This document shows positions 34,835-45,164 of a stretch of 64,000 nt of DNA, piece by piece (within the stretch, counting starts at the first letter, position 1; the number at the start of each line of letters is the position of its first letter). The stretch comes from Dimorphilus gyrociliatus (taxonomy: Eukaryota > Animalia > Annelida), in assembly GCA_904063045.1 (NCBI GenBank), contig CAJFCJ010000047.1, positions 24,321 through 88,320 of the forward strand. Direction: 5' to 3'. Position numbers and translations under genes: made by a program. Below the pieces are notes generated by a model. The model did not search any database and was not told the origin of the DNA. It saw only the letters and a program-made list of their open reading frames with translations.

Positions 34835-37583
34835 GAGTTGGGGTGCGAACGTACCTGGGTGTGAACGTACCCGGGTGCGAACGTACCCTGGGCGGGTGCG
34901 AACGTACCTGGGTACGTTCGCACCCTATTTTTATATTTATTTTATTTTTGAATTTTTGAATAAAAGATTTAGCTATAAATCTAAAAGTATGTATTTAAAA
35001 GACTAAATATTATACTAAAAAACAATAAAGCTTGACAAATGATATTTATGCTGGAGAGTAGATATGGGATGTCTGCATTAATAGATCAATTGATGTCAAT
35101 TTGTTCAACTTGAAATCATCCCATAAATCAAAAATTTTCTTTTGGATGTCAATATACTTTTTCTTTTGATGTTTGTAAATCCTTTTTTCTGACAGTAATT
35201 TCTCATAAACTGCAATCAACTCAGACTCTTTTTTTAGCTCATCAACCAGCATGTAAAAAGAACCTTTAGCAGGCAGCTTACTATTCATTCTTTGATGCCA
35301 TCCTTCACAATCATTATTGGTCCTAATAGACAAACCAAAAACTGACCAGTTATTTGGTTTCCATAATTTATTTTTGATCCAGTTTGTTTGGAAGTATTGC
35401 AGCAGGTCCAAAAATCTATTTTTTTCACAAAGTTCTGCATTTATGCTGTCAAATGTTGGTTGAATAATATGTGCTGGCAAGAATGGCAGAGCCATCAATT
35501 TTCTGAAATCTTTCCAATCATTTCCTTTTTCTTTGTATTTCTTTACATAGCCAAGAGCCTATTCAATAATATAAGTTATTTAATAGATAATGTTATATAT
35601 ATTTGAATGTAACTGACTTGTATTTTCCTGTATACTGCTTGTGTGAAATGAAATACACAACCTTGAAATTCAGTGAGGGATATACTTTTGATAATGCTTT
35701 CCATAGTCCTTTTTCAAAATCCATTGTAATTCTTTTTGGATGAAAATCATTGATAAGATTGTTGATATGCTACAAAAAGCAACTTTATTTATCATCACTT
35801 TTGAAGAGATAATATGAAATATTTACTTGAAATGCTTGTAAGTATGCTTTGGTATGCTTTGAAGTCAGAAAAATAAAAACAAGAGGAACTTGCTTCATAT
35901 CACCACTCTTCTTAACAAATGAGTGAATAGTGACAAGTTGATAAAATGGTTCTTTTACAATCTTGAAAGTACCATCAATGTACCAACAGTTGGATTTTGA
36001 TAATAAATTCAGCTGATGGTTTGTTGCAAAGATTAAAATTCTTTCTCCATTTTCACAAATATCTTTCTGCAAAAATTCATCAGGCAAAAATGTTTCATCT
36101 AAATTAAAGTTGTACACTTTAGGTTCCACTGGCCTAAACTTTTGTCTATTTGAGTTTGCCATTCTCTTCAAATAGTTGATATCAGGAAGACAAGTTGCAT
36201 TGGGTTCATAGGATAGAAGAACTTTTTCAGCAATGCTTCTTCCAGATGTTTGATTATCACTTCTGCAAACAATTTTCAAATCTGTTTTCACTTTAATATC
36301 CACTTCTAAATTCTTTTTTCTGTTGTGATTATGTTCCAAATTGCCTTTGAGAAATAAATTTCCATTTTGTCTTATTCTGGCCACACATCTTTTCTTCTTA
36401 CTTCTCACACTGCACACCCAAATAGTACTTGATGGTGTTTTATGTTTAACAACAAAAGAATATCCATCATTCAGTAAAATGTCATGTCCCTTTCTACTTC
36501 CTCCTTTTACAATCTCAAAATCACTTTTTGTGGATGATTCACAATATTCTTCAGCATTCTCTTCAACTTCCTCCAAAGAGTCTAGGTCCATTGATTGGCA
36601 TTCTGAAAGAACATGATTTTCATCCTCCAATATTGATTCCTCAACTGCAGCAATCTTATTTCTTTCATCAATAAAGCTTTCTTCAGAATTTACTTTGAAT
36701 TGATGAATTTCCAGATTAGTTAACTTCTTGAGCATGACAGTACATTTTCTTTTGTTACAAGGTTTGCAAATTGGTATGTTATGTGTTTCTATAAGAATAT
36801 GTTAAAAAATATAATTACATGAAAGCTGATTAAAGAGTTACATACCTGTGCATTTCCTATGAATAAGATTCTTACAAAGGCTGCATTTCAAATATTTTTG
36901 CCTTCCATAAATTGTTGAATGACAATTGTGACATTTGAAAGCCATTTTTTAATCTTCAATCAAATGTAGATGGTTATCTAAAAATATTTCCAGTTATCAA
37001 TAAATTTCCTTTCCAAATATTCAAAATGGCTGAAATTTTATTTATGAAAAATATTCAGCTTTTTCACAATTGAAGATAGTATATTACATCAAAATATCAT
37101 GAATCAACAATCTCAATGATTAGATATAAATACTCACTTCTGTTGAAGCTTCCAAGAAGAACTTTGTCCAAATTTATTCAGTAAATATAGCTTTACTTTT
37201 GCAAGGATAAATATTCCAAGTGAAAGTTTATTTAATAACACTATCACTATTAAAATGGCTGCTATTTCACTTTCAACAACATTTTCTTTTAAAGTAGTAA
37301 TTTAATATTGATGGGATATGTATTCTATTTAATATCTGCATTCTATCAAATCAATATATTAACAAATATATAATGAAGGAACAGAAGGAAAAAAGGGTGT
37401 CAATGTACATGTTTATTCAAAAATTCAAAAATAAAATAAATATAAAAATAGGGTGCGAACGTACCTGGGTACGTTCGCACCCGCCCAGGGTACGTTCGCA
37501 CCCGCCCAGGGTACGTTCGCACCCGCCCAGGGTACGTTCGCACCCGGGTACGTTCGCACCCAGGTACGTTCACACCCGACCCC
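34835..37583 (-). mobile_element. Inner Phantom-type Mutator element, 2749 bp, with 9-bp TSD
   Basis: TSD TAGAATTTG at 34826-34834 and 37584-37592; TIRs at about 34835-34963 and 37412-37583 built from GGGTGCGAACGTACC units plus a matching AT-rich arm. Confidence 0.95.
35046..36945 (-). CDS. Transposase of the inner element: PHD finger - acidic - FLYWCH - MULE DDE; one frameshift
   Basis: MAFKCHNC...CSLC..IHRKC|...CKPC; DGYSF...IWVCSVR...HNH; WYIDGTFK; MDFE; GCVFHF; RTNNDCEGWH. Four exons; one 1-bp frameshift at about 35670-35680. Confidence 0.85.
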
Positions 37584-38511
37584 TAGAATTTGGGATACAC
37601 ACAACAATATAATATGGAAAAGAAGAAGGCAGGACTGCTGAAACAAGTTTTGGCATTACCTTTTCTTCCAGATGAAGCCATTCTAAACAGTTTCTACATG
37701 CTAAAAGATGAGGCCTTTGAGAGAAATGAATTTTTGGATTTTTTCCAATACATTGAAAGTACTTGGATTAAGCATTCAATTTGGACACCAAATTGTTGGT
37801 CTGTATTTGGTCTTGCCATCAGGACCAACAATGATGTTGAAGGATGGCACAGAAGAATAAATGAAAAGACTCCTGCAAAAGGGTCATTTTATATGCTCAT
37901 AGATATTTTAAAACAGGAATCAAGTCTTATTCCAGTTGTAGAGAAACTTCTATCAGAAAAAAGGCTAAAGAAGTATCAGAAGAAAAGTGTCATCCAGAAG
38001 CAGAAGCAAGTATTTGCTGTTTGGGATGAATACAAATTGGGAATGATTACATCTGCTGTCCTCTTGCAGAAGATTGCATTAATCTATTCAAAATAATTCT
38101 CAGTGTCTTAACATACTTTATACTTTATTCTAGTAACTTTTAAACTTTGTATAACATTCTTAGCTTTTTTCATTTTTAATACATTTTAATAAACATATAT
38201 TCATTATTAATTATTATATTCTCAGTATATTGCCATTGGTTCCCAAAATAGAGCAATCTTTTTTAAAATTCAAATATCTTTTCCCACTACTTGTTTTTCC
38301 CAACCTTGGGACATTTTTTCCTAACCTTGGGACGTTTTTTCCCACACTGGGACGTTTTTTCCCACCCTGGGACGTTTTTTCCCAGGGACGTTTTTTCCCA
38401 AGGATGTTTTTTCCCATACTCTTTTCAACTTATTTGCTTTTTTAAGTTAAGTTTCTTAGTTATAGACTTTTTCAATTACTGTATATTATAGTTATAGTAC
38501 TTTTTTTAATA

Positions 38512-39509
38512 ATGGTGTGGAGTAAAGATATCAGAGAGCTTGTAGTCACAAAATATGCAGAAATAAGGAAATTAAGGGCCACAGCAAGGGTTTTAGGAAT
38601 GGCATCATCATCAGTAAGAAACATCATCAACTATAAAGAGCCAGAGCAAGACAATAGACAATATAAAAGAAGCTTTCAGACAGAGAGATAGCCAGAATGA
38701 AAAGGATCATCAAGAAGCTGAAAGATAATAAGGAAAGAGTGACAGCAGCAAAGGTTTTGAAAGAATTAGAAGTAGATGTAAGCATTAGAACCATTCAGAG
38801 GGAGCTAAAAAGGCAAAATTTCAAATACCAAAGAATCAGGCAAAGAACAGATCTCACCTCTAAAGATTGTAACCAGCGAAAAGAATATTGCCTCAAAATG
38901 ATTAGTGATAATCTAGACTGGTCTAGAGTAATTTTCACCAATGAGGCTAGATTCTCACTAAGTGGACCTGATGACTTTAGGACCTGGACCAACAATAGCC
39001 AAGAGGACTTTAGGGTGACGAAAAATATGGGAAGAGGTGGAGTATTGGTCTGGGGGTTGATCACATCTGATGGCGTATTCGAAGTATGGAGGATAAAGAA
39101 AAGATTAAATGCAGAAATTTATAGCTCCTTCATTGTGGAACATGTTCTTCCTGTTATAGAAGAGATTGAGGCAAAAATGGGCAGGAAGTACATCTTCCAG
39201 CAAGATAATGCTGGCTTACATACAGCAAGAGCAACAGCAAGGGCCTTTAAAAAAAATGAAATTAAGACCATTGATTGGCCAGCAAGGAGCCCCGACCTGA
39301 GCCCAATCAAAAACATGTGGCACCTAACAAAAACAATGGTCTACTATTGGCCACAGTTTGAGTCAGAGGATGAATTATGGGAAAAAATTAAACAGTGTTC
39401 CTATGAGCTCATAAAGAAGAATCCAGAGTTGCTTCCAAATTTGTATGATGGAATGGGCCATAGGATTAGTAAATGTATCGAAAGGGAGGGTTGGCACATA
39501 CAAAGATAA
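38512..39509 (+). mobile_element. Tc1-like (DD34E spacing) transposase, catalytically dead
   Basis: MVWSKDIRELVV HTH, frameshift near 38660; FTNEARF (D->N), QQDNAGLH, SPDLSPIKNMW (E->K) with 34 residues between D and the E position; TIRs not found. Confidence 0.9.
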
Positions 39510-39604
39510 AGAAAATTTGAACTCAAAAGATTATGTGCCAATAATCATGTTGTTTGGCCAAATAAGAAAAAAAATTGTAAAACAATAGTAATTTTTATAA
39601 AAAA

Positions 39605-39720
39605 AAAATATGTAAAAACTTACCTAAATGCTTTCTGAAAGAAACTTATATAATATTCCAGGTTTAATCTATAATTTAAGACTGAGAAAATAAAAATAAT
39701 AATCTTTCTTCATAATGAAA
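39605..39720. repeat. ~115-bp dispersed duplicate of 10321-10436
   Basis: Direct alignment by eye. Confidence 0.75.
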
Positions 39721-39919
39721 AAGACATGTATGATTAGTCAGCTTGAAGGCTCATCTGTAATTACCAATAAAGGTTTGGCCAAGTTATAATTTTATTAGCC
39801 TTCCTAAATGTTGAACCTTGTAACATCCTGTTACTAAACATAAATATGAACTACACATTTCAGCAACTGTAAAGTGATGATTGGATGTCAGAGGCAAACC
39901 TCAAAGTATATAAATCCTG

Positions 39920-40720
39920 GGATCAACAGAAGTTGCCCAGGACAGAAGTCGCCCAGAAATAGGCAGAAGTCACCCACTACCCATGGCAGAAGTTGCCCAG
40001 GACAAAGACAGAACTCGCCCTGTGCACTTATTAAAATTCTATAAATAGACAAAGTTAAACAAAGACTATTTTTTTCTTGTACATTTTAAACATACAGTTG
40101 AAAGTTATATCATACAATGCATTCTCATTTAAGAAAGGAAAAGACATTCTACTCTATAATGGATTTGCATTCAATGTAAAGTTTATGAAAGACAGCTATA
40201 CCTTATGGAGATGCAGTGTTCGCAATAAAAAGAAAATATGTCCTGCTACAATTAAACAAAAGGGTTTAACATTTATTGAAAGCACAATGGAACATTGTCA
40301 TGAAAAAAAATAGCCTCTCAATGGAAATTAAAACAAGAACAGACTTGAGAGAAATATGTTTATTTGATTTAAAGTCATCAGGAAAAGTTATTGCTGAAAC
40401 TGTACTGTTGGACTACAGCAAAAGAGTTGAACAACTTCCTAAACTGGAAAATTTACAGTGCCTAGTTAATTTGACAAGACAAAAGATTCGCCCAATTGAA
40501 CCACAAACATTAAATTTTGATCTAAATATGGCATTTATACCAGATGGTTTCCTTCAAAGAGATTTCTATAATGAAAAGGAAAGAATAGTAATGTTTGCAT
40601 CAATGAAGCAATTGGAATTGCTAGCAAAGAGCAAGGTATGGTATATGGATGGAACTTTCAAAGTGGTAAAACAACCTTTTTACCAACTATTTTCAATACA
40701 TTCATTATGTTTTCCTACAT
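39920..40720 (+). mobile_element. Third Phantom-type element: left terminal repeat array + FLYWCH/MULE 5' part, truncated
   Basis: About five CAGAAGT(T/C)GCCCA units at 39920-40025; KGKDILLYNGFAF...LWRCSVR; WYMDGTFKVVKQPFYQLFSIHS. Confidence 0.85.
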
Positions 40721-40739
40721 AACTGGTGAAACATCTACA

Positions 40740-41200
40740 ATCATCTGTATCAATGCATAATCCTCTATTGAAGCAAATCCCTTTGCAAAATGCAATAAGG
40801 AAGTGCATTTCACAAGCTTGTCAGTTTCAGTTTTAGTTCAGTTAAGTTCTAGCTTGTTTAGAGCTAGAAACTCATTTACTCAATAAATATTCTTTGGATG
40901 AAATGTTGGTGTTTTATTGGTTAATTTCTTGCTAAATTTCATTTATTGAGACTACTTGTGGACAAAATTGAATGGTTCTGTTTGTGTGAGTACTTTGGAA
41001 GATTGGTACATGATTGGAAAAGATGAATTTAATTGTGACAAACCAGAAGTTCCTACATTTACAATACAACAAAGTACACTAGGGATCAGTGAGACTCTAA
41101 TGGTAATCCAACTTATGTTTTAATCTTAGAATGAGGGCACTCTCCCTCTCCACAAAAACCAGTAAAATTTCCTGTAAAGTCCAGAGAATTGACTACAAAA
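40740..41200. repeat. Unidentified degenerate repeat family copy
   Basis: CTAGAAACTCATTTACTCAAT...GAGTACTTTG...CCTACATTTACAATACAACAAAGTACA aligns with 51985-52260. Confidence 0.7.
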
Positions 41201-41769
41201 TAATAATTTAATCTCCAATCAAAACAAATTTTTGGGCTCATTCAGCTATTAAAAAAGATTTATTATTTAACCAATTAAGAAGGAAATTTAAAAGTTTATC
41301 AATTGTACTACATTACTGAGGTTCATTAAGTTTTCAACCTTTTTTTTTAGTAAATCATTTATTTGTAGATACTGAGATACTTGAAATGATTACAAAATTT
41401 GGTGGAAGTTAGTGAAATAACTAACCCCTTTTACTCCTGATATTTTTGGTAAATATTCTCCATTGTTGTTCTGATTGATACCTCTCTTCACAACTGTAAA
41501 AGTCTAGTGAGACATTCTGTTGAACACCAACATTTATAGCTGATTTAGCAAATGAGAGAAATTTCATTCTTAATGGGACATGTATAAAGCATAACAAAAT
41601 GATTGTCTTTATCATACTCTATGTCACATACACTATTACAATACTGTTTCATTACAAAAATGTAGATATTCGTTACAATTTTTTATGTTGTATTGGGTTA
41701 AAGTTTTTGTCATTGAAATCAAATGAAAAGAATATGATTATAAAAAGAAATCAAGGAAAATTTTTTTAT

Positions 41770-43288
41770 CTATACTAAATTGAGGCTAAAACTTAAAATA
41801 GATATGAAAAATATCATTGCAACATCTGATTTTATCAATGTTCCTCCTAGAAAAAATAAATTATTTCAGATGAATAAAATAATATAAAAAAAAAGACATT
41901 TAAAAGAGCTTACCACCAATGAAATGAACTGTTTTGGTAATTTTAGCTGTCACTCCATCAATTTTGTTCATAGCTGTACACTCATAAAAATTATTTTTAC
42001 CAGCCCAACTCTTTTCAACAACCAAATTGGCACTGTTTGCTACAACCATTGTAGAATTTAACTTTAATATAAAAAAAGAAAAAAAATCAATAGATTATCC
42101 CTTAATCCCTGTTGTTGTTTCTTTACTTTTCTCCACTCATAATTGGGTAAAGGATTACCGGATGCTACACATTCAATTGATTTTCCAACATCTACTCTAA
42201 GTGGGCCTGAGTAAGGCTTTTGTTCAGGTATTGTTCTTATATCCCGGACACTATCTAAACATGAATTGATTTTGATAGGAAAAATATACATATATATATA
42301 TATATATTCATATTTATTCATATTTACAAAAGATCCTCAATGGTTTCCTTTTGCTGTCAAGAGTAATATTTTTATGATTATCATAAAACAAGCTTACTCT
42401 ACAGGAATAGTTGTAATTATCAATGTCTGGCTTTGCAACAATATAGCCAACATCTACCAGTTTATCATGATATTTTATAAAAGAACGATGGGAAATATGA
42501 AACCGTACACCATTCTTCAAATATAATATCTGTACACTTAAAGCACCGGTTACTTCCATTGTACATGTGAAATTCATTGTGACATTTTCATAAATGGTGT
42601 CATTGGGGAAAATTTCAAATACAGGATTGGTATCTTTATTTAAAAAGTACTCTAGTTTTTACAATGTTATGAATGAATAATAAATAATCCTTACCATAAA
42701 CTAAAACAGGTACAATGCAAGTTATAGTAGTGTTTTCACCAACAATATAAGCATGATACTCATCACCATCACTCTTCATTTCAAACATATTCAAAATAGT
42801 AGAGTTATACAACTATATATATTTAAACTTACTTACTTTCTTGATATCCTTTAACTCAAATAGATAATTTGTACTTTCTTCATTTGGGCTGACTACCCAT
42901 CTGTTTTCTAAGCTTGAATGAAGGTTGGGAGTTTCATAAATTAATTCACCAGTACTTCTCTTTAGTATTAAACCTCTCTTCTCTGAAAGAGAAACATTTA
43001 AATTCTAATTATTTTTAAGCTTTTAGAAAAATTTTAATAGAAAAAATAATCTTTACCACTTAGACTAAATGAAATAAATTCCTGATGTCCAACTCTGAAA
43101 ACTTTCCTGCTAGGACAGTGAGTAAAGGTGACTATAATTTAAAGAGGGAAAAGAGCCATTATTTAGTTATATCTTGTATAAATAGCACACTAATTTCGAT
43201 TTATACCTGATAAAGATAAAGAAGTACAACTTAACAAGATCAGTATGGTTATCAATTTCTCTGCAATTGTCATCATTACCACTGGCAT
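41770..43288 (-). CDS. Three-Ig-domain cell-surface protein with hydrophobic (GPI-type) tail
   Basis: Hand-spliced, about 8 exons: signal MTIAEKLITILILLSCTSLS; Ig2 NFTCTME...YNYSCRVS; Ig3 IECVASGNPLPNYEWRK|...FYECTAMN; tail DVAMIFFISILSFSLNLV*; no stops seen. Confidence 0.75.
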
Positions 43289-43761
43289 GCTCTTGCTCTC
43301 TCTCACTCTAGTTTTGCTCTTTTATATTAATATTTCTTGCCATATAGGAAATTACTACTCATGGTAAAAAAAAATACTCCACTTGTCATACAATAAATAA
43401 CAGATAAGTTAGCAACAATTTTAATCATTGGCATTTTTTTATAATATTTAAGATAAGATAAGAAATTTTCAATAAGCAATAAATTGTTAGATAATAGATA
43501 TCTCTATAAATATGTCATACATTAAGAAAGTAGGAGGGGAATTAGAGCACATATGTTTCTAATACTAAAAAGAAAAAAGATGTGTATTCATTGAAACAAA
43601 ATATTTGTCTATTAAATAAAGATAAAGAATGCATCATATATAATTATCATCCCACTCTCTTTCTCTCTTTCTCTTAAAAAATCATATTTTCCCAGTACAG
43701 TTCATTTTTCAAACAGTTATGCTTCTTAGAATGAAAACAGTACTCATTCTACTCAAACCAT

Positions 43762-44338
43762 TCAACAAATAATCCTGATTGAAATTTTCTTGTCCAGGAA
43801 AACTATTTTGCCCTGTGGAGAATTTATCTCACACAAGATAAGAAATACCTTCTTTAGTGAACCTGATTCTTTAACTAAATCAATACCAAAAACAAGATCT
43901 ACAATACCAGCACTTAGAATCCAGAAACAAGCTGCTTTCTCATTTCCCTTATATTCAACATCAAGTAAGACTTTCTTTTCCATTTCAATATATTGACCAT
44001 TTAACATGAATATATATATTTTCAATTTTGATTTTACTTTAACAATATCTACATGAGGAAGTTCTTTTAAGAGATTGATTTTGTGTAATCACATTAACAT
44101 TAGAACCAGAATCAAAAATAGCGAGACAAGCAAACCTATTAGTTTTGACTTCTCTTTCATCCAAACCATTCTTATGTGTACTATTCCAAGCAAGATTTGT
44201 TGGTTTCCTTGTTTCTTCTATCTTTGAATCGACTGATGTGCAATATGTGGAAATATTGCCTGATTCTTTCAAATTTATGTTTTTGTCTATCACCATTATT
44301 ATAGTTTTTATACTTTGATTCGTCTTCAAATCTTCCAT
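43762..44338 (-). mobile_element. Retropepsin-like (LTR element) remnant
   Basis: AIFDSGSNVNVIT and downstream VDLVFGIDL in an adjacent frame. Confidence 0.5.
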
Positions 44339-44357
44339 TTCTAAAAAATTTCTTTTT

Positions 44358-44819
44358 TTGCTGATTTATCTCTTATCCCAATCTTTTACTATTTCAATGA
44401 ACTCATCCACAGAAATCTTCAGATTTAAAAAGAATATCTGCAAAATCTTGAGGTGCTGGAATGATTATACTGGAAAAGGATGGAGATATGTTTGCGAAGG
44501 TCTCCATAATTCATCAAGCTCTTTACAGAATGTAGATCTTCATAAATGCAATATGAAAGAAAGTGAAAGCCTAGATTTAGGAAATCTGTTATGGTCTTGT
44601 TCCAGATTAGAAACAGTTAATATGGGATGGAATAGACTCATACAATTAAATGTCATACAAGAAGGACTTACTAAATCATGTAATTCTTTGAAGTATATCA
44701 ATATTTTAAAACTGAAACTCGAAAGATATTCTGACGCTTACTTAAACACAACATTACCAGGAGCTGTAATAATTGCCAATACTCCTACTGGAATAAATCT
44801 GATATACATGATATTCTAA
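44358..44819 (+). pseudogene. Fragment of RI-like LRR gene paralogous to 24302-26074
   Basis: GKGWRYVCEGLHNSSSSLQNVDLHKCNM...LGNLLWSCSRLETVNMGWN matches the same repeat consensus. Confidence 0.7.
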
Positions 44820-45164
44820 TTCTAGTGGGCTAGGGTTGCTCTTGGCTAATTAACACAGAATTTTGTTCTTCCTGATCTTCCTGCTCATTGTCATAAAAAA
44901 TATTTTTTATTTCTCCACAAAGCTCATCAGCTATTATTTCAGTTGATTCAGGTCCAAAAATTTTAATTTTAAAAAAATGTAGTAACTTTTCTATTTCTTG
45001 CCAATTTTCCATTGCTTGTAGCAATGGTTTCAAAATTGTTGTTTACATAATTTTTATATACTCTAAAAATATATTTCAACTGTAGCATCAGGTTGGCTCT
45101 ACTGAAATTAATAAATGTTGGGCTGATTTTTTTTCCTTTGGGTAGCTCAACCAACTATGCATCT

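Larger units (their letters stand above)
32836..38421 (+). mobile_element. Outer Phantom-type Mutator element (PHD-like + FLYWCH + MULE transposase), frameshifted and interrupted by a nested element
   Basis: Inverted terminal arrays of GGGAAAAAACGTCC at 32836-32930 and about 38290-38421. Transposase exons 33329-34777 (WRCSVR, WYLDGTFK, VVDFE, GCVFHW) and 37587-38096 (LALPFLP, RTNNDVEGWH). Confidence 0.92.

Noticed and set aside
34803-38491. Short repetitive ORFs such as GANVPW, GTFAPAQ, RVRSHPP, LGTFFP and GKNVP
   Set aside because: They are translations of the TIR tandem units, not genes.
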